The notes under the pieces were generated by a model. That model worked only from the letters and a program-made list of their open reading frames with translations, made no database searches and had not been told where the DNA came from. Shown piece by piece: positions 1 through 13,318 of a stretch of DNA of 64,000 bases; positions within the stretch are counted from its first letter, which is position 1, and the number at the start of each line of letters is the position of its first letter. The DNA is taken from assembly GCF_006345805.1 (NCBI RefSeq), contig NC_043011.1, forward strand, positions 47,256,464-47,320,463, read 5' to 3'. Source of the stretch: Octopus sinensis (lineage: Eukaryota). The translations under genes were made by a program, and so were the position numbers.

Positions 1-20
1 AGAAGCCTGTCGTATATATG

Positions 21-83
<63 letters not shown>

Positions 84-225
84 GTGTGTGTGTGTGATAT
101 CAGCACCCACACCATTGATTTTTACATGCCACCTTGTTTTGAGGATATCAATTCTGTTGTGGCAGGTGGGTTTTCTCAAGTCCATCAATGCGCCACGTAT
201 CTCTCTCCTCAGACACCTCCTTCAT

Positions 226-380
226 AAGGCTTATATAAACACATACAGTGAGACTTTTCACTTTCCATCTACCAATCCCACTCACAAGGCTTTTTGTCAA
301 CCTAAGGCAACACAGTGGGGACTGAGTCCGGAACCATGTGGGTGAGAAGCCAAATTTTTACCACATAGTCACATCTGCAC
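226..380 (-). mobile_element. CORE-type tRNA-derived SINE, 5' part
   Basis: Matches other copies in the window (ccaatcccactcacaaggct...gggactgagtccggaaccatgtg); reverse strand carries a Pol III-like head. Confidence 0.75.
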
Positions 381-1419
381 CTATGACTTATTGTATGATA
401 TATTCATGGGTATTTTACATTGTAACAATATATCAGAAAGTAAACTATTTTGTCTCTGCAGCATCTTTCTGAATTACACAATGACTCAGAACTACATCAT
501 GTCAACAATTGCCAAAATAAAACAGGATAAATAAAAGAGCAACAGCAACAAAGACAATAATGATAACCTTTTATTTGCCATAGAGGTGATAAAGACACAA
601 CAATACAATTAAAATTAAATTAATCCAATAGTTAATTAGAATAACTTACATTTTAAAAAAATTGGGTAACAGCCCTCCCTACATACAAACACAGAATACA
701 AATAATATGGATGAAATATACAATGGTCTTGTACAAGTGATTTTGATTAAGGCACAAGGACAGCTATTTTGAGGGGAGGGGGAATGAGTTGATACCACTG
801 ACCCCAGTACTTGACTGGTATTTCATTGGTAGAATTGGAATTCAGAATGTAAAACATTGGAAGAGTTCGAGCAAAGATCGCTTGCTAACGTAACATAGCA
901 GTCCTGCTTTATGGCAAATGTTGCTGAAATTCAGCCCCAAGAGACATTGTCTCCGGCTGGCTATATTACACAGTCTGTGTCCTTATGCTTTCGAACAGGG
1001 GAATGATCTGATAGAATGATCTGATAAGGTGGTGATCTGATAGAATCCTTAGTGTACTGGAGGAAACAGTTAATGGCATTTCAACCATTTTTGCATTCTG
1101 GGTCCAAATGGCACTGAGGTTCAACTTTGCCTTCCATTCATTCATAATCAATAAAATAAGTACCAGTTTCATACTGAGGTCAATGTACTCAACTTTCTCC
1201 TTCCCACAAAATTTCAGTGTCCTTATTCCATGCTTGCATTGTTCAATTAAATGGAGCCACTTGAAATGGTCGTATTCCACTAATACTTGACCTCCTGTTA
1301 CTTATTTTGATTTTATTCGCCTCACTTCGAGCTGTGCAGATAATACCAAACTGACTTGGTGCCTCAACTCATGTACCTAATTCAACTGAATCTTAATTAT
1401 TTCATATATATATATATAT

Positions 1420-1768
1420 TTATAAACAAGAAAAAGGCAACAAGAATGGATTAGTTGTTCAGTACAATTGTTTCATATGAAGAACAGCTTTATTAAAAGC
1501 TGCAAATATTGCAACAAATACAAGTGTCCCGTATTCATCAGCCAAAACACATATGAGTTTTCCAAACATCCTAGGGGGGTGAGGCTACACTCATGAAGTA
1601 TCGAAGAGAGTTCTATGAAAAGCAAAGTTAGATTGTAAGCAGAACTTTTGAAGTCTGTATTTGCTTGTATTTGCTGCAATATTTGCAGCTTTTAATAAAG
1701 CTGTTCTTCGTATGAAACAATTGTACTAAACAACTAATCCATTCTTGTTGCTTTTTTCTTGTTTATAA
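1420..1768. repeat. Fold-back element, 105-bp inverted arms, with half hammerhead motif in the spacer
   Basis: 1420-1524 is the reverse complement of 1664-1768 with 4 mismatches; CTGATGA on the minus strand at 1541-1535. Confidence 0.85.
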
Positions 1769-1912
1769 TCACCCCACATTATTTTATGGTTAATACCATA
1801 TAGATTTCTGGTGCATCTAAGTTAAGTACTGCATTCATGTGAATTCATTGGAACTCACTTGAATCTTAATTGTTTTTACTGAAATTATACATATTCATAT
1901 ATATGTATATAC

Positions 1913-2063
1913 AACAGGCTTCTTTCAGTTTCCCCCCATACCAAATCCACTCACAAGGCTTTGGTTGGCCTGAAGCCATAGCAGAAGACACTTACTCAAA
2001 GTGCCACACAGTGGGACTGAACTGGGAACCATGTGGTTGAGAAGTCAGCTTCTTCCCACACAG
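1913..2063 (-). mobile_element. CORE-type SINE, 5' part
   Basis: ggcttctttcagtt...gaagacacttactcaaagtgccacacagtgggactgaac, shared with many copies in the window. Confidence 0.8.
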
Positions 2064-2366
2064 AAAGCAAGCTTCTGCTCTTGTGCCTAATAATAATGGT
2101 AAATGTTTCTAACATAGGCACAAAATCATGACCAAAAACTTTGGGTAGAGAAGTACAGTCAATTAAATATCTAACCGGTCCTTCTTCAACTGAAAAATAC
2201 TTGTGTTCTGTGCCAAGAAAATAGAAAAGAAACTTAATAAACTCTTAAACACACCATTCCTCTCTAAGAACAAGTAGTTGATACAAAATTTGCTTCCATA
2301 TAATTCTTTCCTCACCATTGTTTTGGACACATTTAAAAAGCTTGAAAGCGAATTAATTTTTTCAAA

Positions 2367-2525
2367 CATGGCTGCGTGGTAAGAAGTTTGTTTCCCAACC
2401 ACATTGTTCTGGGTTCAATCTCATTGTATGACACCTTGGGCAAGTGTCTTTGACTATAGCATTGGGCCAACCTAAGCCATATGAGTGGATTTGGTAGATG
2501 GAAACTGAAAGAAACCCATTGTATA
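2367..2525 (+). mobile_element. CORE-type SINE, 5' part
   Basis: ggctgcgtggtaag...gacaccttgggcaagtgtcttt; the accttgggcaagt motif resembles the CORE domain of MIR-like SINEs. Confidence 0.75.
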
Positions 2526-2531
2526 AATATA

Positions 2532-2654
2532 CGAGGGGTGTATGAAAAGTCTTGAGCCTCAAAAAAGCAAAACATGGTACAAGACTTCTGATGAAGGTAC
2601 AAGACTTCAAGGCTCAAAGGCCTTGAATGCTCAAAACTTTTCATACACCCCTCG
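2532..2654. mobile_element. Tc1/mariner-type MITE, 123 bp
   Basis: 26-bp TIRs with 25/26 identity (cgaggggtgtatgaaaagtcttgagc), flanked by TA on both sides. Confidence 0.85.
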
Positions 2655-3329
2655 TATATGGAGAGCCAAAATGAAGGAGTGGAGCAGGTAAAATTCAGAC
2701 TACATATGTCTCCTAGTTAGCAGATCCTCTGATGTAATAATTGTTCAGTGAGGGATATTTGGCTAGCTATTCATCAGACTAAAGATACCTTAATTATATG
2801 AAGGTTACATTGTCAATAAGGAATTCGAAGTTAAGTCATTAATGATATAATTAGAAAAAGACTGCTCAAAGCTTACAAACTTCCTGTACTTAGATTCTTG
2901 AACCTTATAATTACATATGTGTGTGTGTGTGTGAGACATCACCGTTTGACATCTGGTGTTGGTGTGTTTAAGTCTTTGTAACTTAGCAGCTCAGCAAAAG
3001 AGACTGATAGAATAAGTAACAGGTTAAAAAGAAAAAAAATAATTACTAGGGTTAATTCATTCAACTAAAAACTCTTCAAGGTGGTGCCCCAGCATGGCCA
3101 CAGTCTAATGACAGAAAGAAGTAAAGGATGAAATAAAAAGATAAAAATTCATCCACCCACTTCTCAGTTCTAACAGTCAGGGGCGGGACCCTTTCTTCAC
3201 CTGAGAAAAGAACAGATTTAATTGACCCCTCTCCCCAGTTCTTGAAAGACACTTTATTAATCCCAGAAGTATAGATGGCAATGATGACCTCCTGTGAGAT
3301 TTGAACTCTGAACATACACAGCCAAAACT

Positions 3330-3660
3330 ATTTATTGTTAGGAATTACATCTGTTGTTTGTTCCTTCTCGAGCCATGCCTGGCTCATGAGGGCCAGTTTC
3401 CCGGTTTCCTTGGCATGTAGGTTCCCCACCTGGATGGGATGCCAGTCCATCGCAGGTGAGCAGCAAGATGCAGGAAGAAAGAGTGAGAGAAAGTTGTGGT
3501 GAAAGAGTCATCAGAAGTTGGCCATTACCTTCTGCCAGAACAACATGGAGCTTAGGTGTTTCACTCTTAAACACACACATCGGCCGGTATGAGATTCAAA
3601 CCGGCAATCCCTCGACCGCGAGTCTGCTGCTCTAACCACTAGGCTATGTGCCTCCACAAA
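3330..3660 (-). mobile_element. tRNA-head SINE
   Basis: Reverse strand begins gtggaggcacatagcctagtggttagagcagcagactcgcgg, the same head as the copies at 35240 and 60643. Confidence 0.75.
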
Positions 3661-3664
3661 TAAA

Positions 3665-3912
3665 TGTGCCCTTTTAAAGCCTAGCCAGGCTCATGGGCCT
3701 GGCTTCCCGGTTTCTACGGCGTATGTGTTCCCCAGCTGGACAGGACACCAGTCCATCGCAGCGTTACTCATTTTTGCCAGCTGAGTGGACTGGAGCAACG
3801 TGAAATGAACTGTTTTGCTCAAGAGCACAACACGTCACCCGGTCCAGGAATTGAAACCACAATCTTACGATCATGATGCTGACATCCTAACCACTAAGTC
3901 ACGCACCTCCAT
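3665..3912 (-). mobile_element. tRNA-head SINE, related subfamily
   Basis: Reverse strand head tggaggtgcgtgacttagtggttagg, followed by gtgttgtgctcttgagcaaaac and gatggactggtgtcctgtccag. Confidence 0.7.
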
Positions 3913-3959
3913 GTATTACATCTGGCACACCACCGACTACTCCAACCCATTACCATATA

Positions 3960-4215
3960 TTAACAATGTGGCCGATGCCAGCACCGCCTCGACTGGCTTC
4001 CGTGCCGGTGGCACATAAAATACACCAATCCGACCGTGGCCGTTGCCAGCCTCGCCTGGCGTTAGGAAGGGCATCCAGCTGTAGAAACATTGCCAGATAA
4101 GACTGGAGCCTGGTGCAGCCTTCTGGCTTCCCAGATCCCCGGTCGAACCGTCCAACCCATGCTAGCATGGAGAACGGACGTTAAACGATGATGATGATGA
4201 TGATGATGATGATGA
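3960..4215 (+). mobile_element. RTE-type 3' end fragment (5'-truncated LINE or RTE-dependent SINE) with (GAT)n tail
   Basis: gttaggaagggcatccagctgtagaaac...aacccatgctagcatgg...gttaaacgatgatgat, repeated at 7610, 9775, 12237, 20400, 47680, 50920, 54630 and 61715. Confidence 0.75.
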
Positions 4216-4544
4216 TAGAAACAATATCAATAACACAGGAATAAAACCAAAGTGAAAGAAACTTTCAGAAGTGGACAGATAATATTTCAATGTGTGAAAC
4301 TGACAGATTAATGGTTCACGGACAATTCACCACAGACGATGGTTGAGTAAGTATCATCACTCTCATTATCATCATCATCACCACCAGTGTACTTTAAGGA
4401 GGTAGTCATTATATTGTCGTTAGCACATCTTGGAGAGTGTTTGTTGGGTATGGCTGTACACGTGGGTGTATTTCTGTATTTCTGCATATTCATGCCTTCT
4501 TACCTGTTCATAAAGTTTTCTGTGCGAAGACTTTATATTCATGT

Positions 4545-5060
<516 letters not shown>

Positions 5061-5586
5061 AAAATTTAAATACATGCATTTGCATATGAGCATGTTCATA
5101 TTGGTGTGCTACTGTTTAAATACCCAAGCACAACACACACACACACACATACATATGTAGTCAAACGTACAAACATACAAACCAAGTAAAAGTAGATGAA
5201 TTTTGTCAGTTTAAATGATGATTATTCTAATATTCCAATCAGCTTATTGTATTCTCGCATATAGCTGAGTATTCTAAAGACACATATACCTTTAATGTAA
5301 TCCTCATGTAGAATCAGCATAACAGAGTGTGTGACAATGCCGGCCCTTTCCATAACAGATACAGTCTTTCCAACAAAGGAATCCTGTTCCTATCTACCCA
5401 GTTTTACCCACAAGGCTCCGGTTGACTTAAGGCTATTTTAAAAGATGCTTGGCCAAGATGCCTCGCAGTGAAATTGAAACAGTGACCTTATAATTGCAAA
5501 GCAAATTTCTTGAATGCTAATTCTTTGTATGTAGCTCTAAACACAAAAACATGTACATTAAATGTACTTATTATAAATGACATGTC

Positions 5587-6253
5587 TTGGCATCACTCAC
5601 CAAGTCCTTTGTGAGCCGCTCTCCGGCTATCTATCTGCGGCTTTATATAGCTATGGTTCAAACTCACTTGGAATTTGCATCACTGGTCTGTAACCTCTAT
5701 CTTGCCCAGGATATTAATCATCCAGAAGCTGTTCAGCGACGTGCAACCAAGAGAATACCCTCCATCAGGTATTTGACATATTCTGAATGCCTTACTTCCC
5801 TGGGCATGGCTACGTTGAAACTCTGATGTCTGGCAGCTGACTTGGCAGACACCCATAAAATTATTAACCATCTTACCAACAATAACTCTGAGCACCTTTT
5901 CAAACACCACCTGTCTAACACCCGTGGACATGTTTACAAAGTCAGAAAACAGTACAGTTCCCATGACTTTTGGAAACATTTTTTCATGCTAAGAGTTGCT
6001 GAAGCATGGAACAAACTGCCAGCATCAGTTGTTAGTTGTCGGGGCACTGCATACTTCAAAACTTCCATGCTTCCTGAGATTCACCAACACTACACCTGAT
6101 TTTCTCCCCTCCATACACACGCAAGCATTTATCTGACTCATACACTGTTCACTTTCCAGACATTTGTACATTACTGCATATACTTTATACGCACTTTTGA
6201 CAAGTTGTGGTGCACCTGAGCACTGCGTACAATAATTTCATTATTACTATTAT
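5587..6253 (+). mobile_element. CR1/L2-clade LINE 3' fragment (RT C-terminus plus 3' UTR), decayed
   Basis: Translation gives LYIAMVQTHLEF...VQRRATKRIP...Y..CL..LG...L, an in-frame TGA at 5824-5826, then NTRGH..K...HFF..RVAEAWNKLP. These are typical CR1 C-terminal motifs; (ATT)-like tail near 6240. Confidence 0.85.
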
Positions 6254-7182
6254 AAAGAGCAACTTAGAAAAAAATAAAAGGAAAAATTATATGATGTGTG
6301 GAAGAACTGGAGTAGTTCTGGTTTCCTCTCTGTCTCTGTGAATACCTATCGGTATCAATATATGAAATTATTTGTGAATTCTGTTTGACTAACAACAGAA
6401 AAAAAATGCAGCATTTTGAAATATTTTTTGCAATATCTGTAGATGAGGGCGATGATTAATGATGATTAATAAGGATAAAAGAACAATAATGACAATGACA
6501 AATGAGTGAAGTAGTTTATTTTTGACGATTGTTTGAAAGCTGTTGCTGAGCTAGATATTTTTTGCTGTTATCAGATACATCACTGTCAATGTGATATTGT
6601 ATAGTGGTATGTTGTATTGCAGCTGAGTGGTGCTAAATGGACATTTTCTTGGTGTTGCAGATCAGCTTGACTTAACCTGTAACAAAGAGGCAGTTAATCA
6701 AGAAATCATTAAATTAATGTTCAAACTAAACTCGGTCTGTTTATCCACTGTCACATGCTGTCGTTAGATTTCATACTTCAGATCAAATGTGGGGAAACCC
6801 CTCAGCTGCAAACAATTTTTTTTTTTTTCCCATTATCAAATTTGAAATCACACACTGTTGAAGTTCTCCACAAATTGGATATGAAGTTTATGCTATGTTG
6901 ATAATGATAAACACAACAATGTTGATAATGACTATAATGATATGATAATGATATTTATGATAATGGCTTTAGAACACAAATGTAGAAGCATTACTCTCTC
7001 TTTTACTCTTTTAACTGTTTCAGTTATTTGACTGTGGCCATGCTGGAGCACCGCCTTTAGTCGAGCAAATCGACCCCAGGACTTATTCTTTGTAAGCCTA
7101 ATACTTATTTTATCGGTCTCTCTTGCCGAACCGCTAAGTTATGGGGACGTAAACACACCAGCATCGGTTGTCAAGATCATGC

Positions 7183-7540
7183 TTCACCGCCTCAACTCAT
7201 ATCTTTCTGGGTCTACCACTTCTACAGGTTTCCTCCACAGTTAGAGATTGGCACTTCTTTACACAACTGATGTCATCCATACACATCATATGACCATTCG
7301 TCTCTAATGCACACCACATCTGATGTCGCTTATGCTCAGTTTTTTCCTCAAGACACTTACACTCTGTTACTCATGCACACTGACATTACACATCCAGCAA
7401 AGCACACAAGCTTCATTTCTTACAAACATTCACAAATCCTCAGCAGTCACGGCCCACATTTCACTGCTGTGGAGCGTGGCTTTTCACACACAGGCAACAC
7501 AGAGTCTGGCTTTCATTTTGATGGAGAGCCCCTTTGTTAT
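7183..7540 (-). mobile_element. RTE-clade LINE fragment (RT C-terminal region), decayed
   Basis: Minus strand reads KGLSIKMKARL...LHSSEMWAVTAEDL*...RNEACVLCWMCNVSV...LRKKLSI..IRCGV with stops. This matches the RTE pattern GSETW....RNE..MLRWMC.V. Confidence 0.8.
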
Positions 7541-7609
7541 CAATCATATTAACAAAATCTAAAAGCTTCAAGATAATGTATGATTAATTCAAACCGTTGT
7601 CAGCACGTA

Positions 7610-7850
7610 AACCGGTGGCACGTAAAAAGCACCATCCAATCATGGCCGTTTGCTAGTCTCGTCTTGCACCTGTGCCGGTGGCACGTAAAAAGCACCCACT
7701 ACGCTCACGGAGTGGTTGGCGTTAGGAAGGGCATCCAGCCATAGAAATATTGCCAGATCAGACTGGGCCTGGTGCAGCCTTCTGGCTTCCCAGACCCCAG
7801 TTGAACCGTCCAACCCATGCTATCATGGAAAGCGGATGCTAAACGAAGAA
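7610..7850 (+). mobile_element. RTE-type 3' end fragment
   Basis: gtgccggtggcacgtaaaaagcacc...gttaggaagggcatccagcc...aacccatgctatcatggaaagcgga. Confidence 0.7.
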
Positions 7851-8399
7851 ACATAAATACATAAGCATTACATTTGACAAAGTTATCAGAATGGTAAAGG
7901 GTTAAGATATGTTCTTTATTTTTCACGTCATAAATGCTTGACAGGAGTATGTACGATTAGTATGTACAAGAAGTTGAATTGCTTCCCCTATTAACAAAAG
8001 ATACGTTGAACCTGAGATTAAACTTTTCTATGGTTCCTCTAAAATCCTCTTAACTCCCAGTTTACTACCATAAAACAATAAAAACGTGTTGGACAATATA
8101 GACTCAGACATCTAAAATGTTTGATGACCACTGGCCATAGGTCTGATCAAATCAGTGTAGAGTTGAAGACAAACAACAATGACAACTATAAAATGGATGT
8201 AGAGTTTTAGTCTAAGAACAAAATGCAAAGAACTGAAGTATTATATTACAGAGAAAAATATAATAAATATATCATATTGATGAAGGTGTCATAAATATAT
8301 AAATCTTCAGACAATGTCATTTTAATTGCTTTCCAAATATCGCTGAATTCACTGTTTGTGAGTGTGCTTATCATAATCATCATCATAATGTGTATGTAC

Positions 8400-8440
<41 letters not shown>

Positions 8441-9004
8441 GTGTGTGTATATATATATATAGTGTGAGAGAATGAGAGAGACACCCACTCGCATACAGGC
8501 ACACATTCACACTCACAGATATCTAAATCAAATCTGTCTATACATATATATATAAAACATAACATATACACACATATATATATATAAATTAATGTTTGTT
8601 TCTATGTTCAGTTATATAACAAAAGCAGTTTTACAGGCATCTGATGGGTTACTCTATACTTTTGTGGAACATAAATTTATTATTCTTATCTGAGAATGTT
8701 GTTGAGTGTGACTTCGAAGCTTTGGTCAGTTTAGCCATCATTGGACTGTGATGCATTAGGGTTAGTCTTGCTTTTATATGGTCCCTGTAGAATTAAAATC
8801 ATCTTTGGGTGTGTGTATATGAGTGGGATGTCAGATTGTTATGGGAAGTTGGTTTGGAAAAATTTTAGTTGATTAAATTATATATATGCACATATATACG
8901 TACATATACACACACATGAACACACACACACATATATACATATATATATATACAGATATTAGCTCGTACACACATTTTTTTCTCTCCTTGTTTTTTTCTG
9001 TGTA

Positions 9005-9042
9005 TCTTTCTGCCGAAGAGCGTAGGCTCGAAACATAAAAGA
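9005..9042 (+). ncRNA. Minimal type I hammerhead motif, core-mutated (CUGCCGA)
   Basis: tcttt-CTGCCGA-a-gagc(gtag)gctc-GAAA-ca-T-A-aaaga; stems I and II are complementary; A6 is replaced by C. Confidence 0.6.
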
Positions 9043-9139
9043 CTTTTTCTATTTCTATTCCTGAGCGCTATACTAATACATTTGTTTGTTTGTACTCCAC
9101 CTGCCTTTGTTTTTTGTTTATTTTCGTAAACTTTCCCGT

Positions 9140-9171
<32 letters not shown>

Positions 9172-9346
9172 TATATATATATGTACACATCTATAGGCAT
9201 ATACAAATATACACACACATGCACACATCTCAGAATGGGAGGCAGATGTTAAATGATGAGGATGATGATATATATATGTGTGTATATATATATATATATA
9301 GATATACATATATCTGTATATGTGTATAGACGTGTATTTATTTATG

Positions 9347-9388
<42 letters not shown>

Positions 9389-9460
9389 ACCATCATCATT
9401 GTTTAATATCTGCCTTCCATGCTGAGATGTGTGCATGTGTATATATGTGTATGTGTGCGT

Positions 9461-9510
<50 letters not shown>

Positions 9511-10624
9511 CACACACACTCAACCTAAGTGGAGACGATTACCAGCATTGTAAAGTGGATCGTTTGAAGAATGTGGTGAATTACCAGGTGAAACTATTGG
9601 TTGCTTTGTTTGATGCTCAAAACTGATTTATGTACCAAATGCAATTTTGAGTGCTCATTCTTTCTATTTGACACTATTGTATGTATGTGTGTGTGTACAT
9701 CAAGCTTGAGAAGAAGATACATCAAACTTAGAGAAATTGTAGTCATGGCCATGATGTGTTACAGGCAGCTGTGTTGGAGACACGTTAAAGGCACTGGTAC
9801 ACTCTGGGGAGTAGGTGGTATTAGGAAGGGCATCCAGCTGTAGAAACTTAGCCAAAATCAGACTGGAGTCTGATGCAGTTCTCTGGCTTACCAGTTCCAC
9901 TCAATCCATCTAACCCATGCCAGCATGGAAAATGGACACCAAGGGATGATGATGGTTTTATATATATATATATACACACACATATATATATATGAATGTA
10001 TGTATGTATGTAGTATGTATGTATGTATGTATACACATACACACACACACACACAGACATATATATTCATGCACACATGCATAAAATGCCAATGGAAAAT
10101 TTGCTAAGATTAGCATGTACACCAAGACTCTGAGGTTAATTACATGCTACAATACCCAAGGCAGTGAGCTGAGTATAATTTTTAGTTGATTGAAATTAAA
10201 TACCCTAATGAGAAAATATACTATTAGAGTTAATGAAAATGTTTCCTGAGATCAGGCAAAGTGAGATCTCCTGAAATGTTAATTCACCAAAGATTAATCA
10301 TATGCACTGAGAAAAAATCAAAGTGCAGTGTGTATATGTATACATACATTATAATATATATGTGTGTGTGTGTGTGTGTATGTGTGTGTGTGTATATATA
10401 TATATACATATATGTATATATATATCTTCAGTAAATCATAAATCCCTCCCAAAAAGCACACTCTAAATTATGGAGCAGTAGGATATATAGTTAATGATAG
10501 ATATGGCTGATCTAAGGTGTTATCCTGCATTTCACGCCCATAAAGTGGACCCTAAAGTCGTTGGCCTATGGCCTCTCTGGCCATAGGTCAACAAGTTTGT
10601 TTATCTATCTATCTATCTATCTAC

Positions 10625-10709
<85 letters not shown>

Positions 10710-10813
10710 ATAATTATTTGAGGGAATATTAATCCTAACTTACAGGGAAAAAAATTCAATTTAGAAATACTAAATCAAATTTCCCACAATATAATATATA
10801 TATATATATATAT

Positions 10814-11158
10814 AATTAGAAAAAAACACCTTTTATCAATTCAAAATGAACAATTAAATTACACCATCTAGAAAATTACATATAATAGAAATATTAAAAT
10901 TAAAATAACAATAAAATACCAATGATTAAGTAAATTGCAAAAAAATAATAAAAACGTATATATTTGGTAGAATAATGACACGTGTTTCGTGGCTATATTT
11001 AAGAAATGATTATATACGTTTTTATTATTTTTTTGCAATTTACTTAATCATTGGTATTTTATTGTTATTTTAATTTCAATATTTCTATTATATGTAATTT
11101 TCTAGATGGTGTAATTTAATTGTTCGTTTTGAATTGATAAAAGGTTTTTTTTCTAATT
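10814..11158. repeat. Fold-back element, ~148-bp inverted arms, 48-nt spacer with 3' half of a hammerhead
   Basis: 10814-10962 is a near-perfect reverse complement of 11011-11158; minus strand of the spacer reads atagccac-GAAA-CACGTG-TC-attattc. Confidence 0.85.
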
Positions 11159-11159
11159 T

Positions 11160-11191
<32 letters not shown>

Positions 11192-11208
11192 TTTATGTAT
11201 ATGTATAC

Positions 11209-11240
<32 letters not shown>

Positions 11241-12236
11241 GTATACATACATACATACGTAGGCATAGAAGCACAAATGCACACATACATAAACACAAGT
11301 ATACAACCATATAACATTATACTATTGGCCATTAATTTTGACACTGAACTTTCTCAGTTTCCTAGTTTCCATATTTTTGCATTCGGACACCTTCTCCAAC
11401 TGTTTTTATGACACTAACTATCCACCACTCTCATATTTTCAAAAATCGTTCCATTTTATAATTGATAAACTCAATTTAGTACGGAGATCAAACCATCTAA
11501 CACAGGTTCATAAATGAATAGCAACATAGTTCATATATTCTTCAATACAGGAGACCAATAATTTTACTTTTGCACCACTCCTTTGTATGTCATCAAATAT
11601 TTTATTACATGTTGCAATATTATATAAAAAGAGATTTATTAGAAGGAATATCTCATTTAATCACAATTGTTTCTCTCTGAAAGTAGACGTTAGTTCTAAT
11701 AATAATAATTCAAAGAAATGTTTAATGTCTGTACTCGGTTTCGATGCCACCGTTTAATGACAAATTTAAGTCTGTTTAATATGATGACAAGAAAATAGAC
11801 CAAAATTGCAATGATGATGACACACTCGTGTGTTTGTGTGTGTGTGTGTGCACGCATGTGTCCATGTCCAGTTGAAAATGGGTTTAAAGACAGACAAATT
11901 TCTTTATATCTTTTCTGCTCTCCTCTCTTTTAATAAAGCGATACAATGATGCTTCAGTATTGTAATGAAAGAGACAGTTAATGGCATTAGACAGATTAGT
12001 ACAAGTTAAACACAGTCTTGAAATGGTGGGGATGGCAAGGAATGGCAAGGAACGGCTGAGCAATGAAGAAAGTATTGACTCACAGTTCTCTGACTCAAAT
12101 TTCTCTGTAGCCCTAACAATCATGAGGTCTAATTAGAAATAATCATAACAACTTCATTATGTTGTCCTATTGTGTATTACAGACATGTCTCAGTATAACT
12201 TCATATAAACTATTTCTTTTATTAATTATGGGCATG

Positions 12237-12500
12237 CCTCGTGCCGGTGGCATGTTAAAAGCACCAACCGATCGTGGCTGATGCCAGACTCCCCTGGCAC
12301 CTGTGCCGGTGGCAAGTAAAAAGCACCCACTACACTCACAGAGTGGTTGGCGTTAGGAAAAGCATCCAGCCGTAGAAACACTGCCAGATCAGACTGGAGC
12401 CTGGTGCAGCCCCTGGCTTCCCAGACCCCGGTCGAACCGTCCAACCCGTGCTAGCACGGAAAACGGACGTTAAACAATGATGATGATGATGATGATGATG
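12237..12500 (+). mobile_element. RTE-type 3' end fragment with (GAT)n tail
   Basis: Same family as 3960-4215. Confidence 0.75.
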
Positions 12501-12501
12501 C

Positions 12502-12770
12502 TGTCCTATTATTTATTCTGAGCATGTTGTCCTATTATTCATTGTGAGCATGTTGTCCTATTATTTATTGTGAGCATGTTGTCCTATTATTTATTGTGAG
12601 CATGTTGTCCTGTTATTTATTGAGGACACTTCTATAGATATATTATCATGGGCATGTTGTCCTATTATTTATTCTGAGCATGTTGTCCTATTATTTATTT
12701 TGGGCATGTTGTCCTGTTATCCTGTTATTTATCATGAGCACACTGTCATTTTATTTATCATAGGAATGTT
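12502..12770. repeat. 26-bp minisatellite, about 9-10 units
   Basis: Unit tgtcctattatttattgtgagcatgt repeated head to tail with degenerate ends. Confidence 0.9.
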
Positions 12771-13007
12771 TTGCACCAGTTGAACCTTGCTGAATCTTCA
12801 AATGCTCATTGCCATGATTTCTATCAACGCAAAAGTATGTGTAGCAATGGTATCATATCTAAGAGTTTAATGAGTATGTCAACTTTATTATTTGTTTTGA
12901 GTAGTTGTGTTCTTAAACATAAATGCTTGTATGCATGTGTACATATCTTTGTGTGAGTGTGTGTGTGTGTCTGTGTGCATATGTCTGCATGTATGTGTAT
13001 GTGTGTA

Positions 13008-13066
<59 letters not shown>

Positions 13067-13128
13067 CATGTACATATATATATATATATACATGTACATA
13101 TTACATGTACATATATATATACATGTAC

Positions 13129-13180
<52 letters not shown>

Positions 13181-13273
13181 TATATATATATCAATAAATG
13201 GTGGGGTTGTTATATATATACATATAATATATTATATATATATATATATATATACACATACATATATATATAT

Positions 13274-13318
<45 letters not shown>

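Noticed and set aside
966-1290. 104-aa and 60-aa ORFs
   Set aside because: Overlap a degraded SINE fragment (caactttgccttccattc...taagtaccag).
2588-2594. Isolated CTGAnGA heptamers (also 2770, 14533, 23538, 41224, 43858, 46913, 47446, 54504)
   Set aside because: No stem II plus GAAA plus stem I arrangement follows; expected by chance.
11733-11765. Minus-strand cggtggcatc-GAAA-ccgag-TA, like a hammerhead 3' half
   Set aside because: No 5' core, no complementary stem strand and no fold-back context; too little to call.
11884-12123. 79-aa minus-strand ORF in unique sequence
   Set aside because: Plausible acceptor but no convincing donor and no recognisable motif; could be a terminal exon but unsupported.
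12502-12770. CRISPR-like appearance of the 26-bp (and 46105 27-bp) arrays
   Set aside because: Units are head to tail with no unique spacers, there are no cas genes, and the context is eukaryotic.
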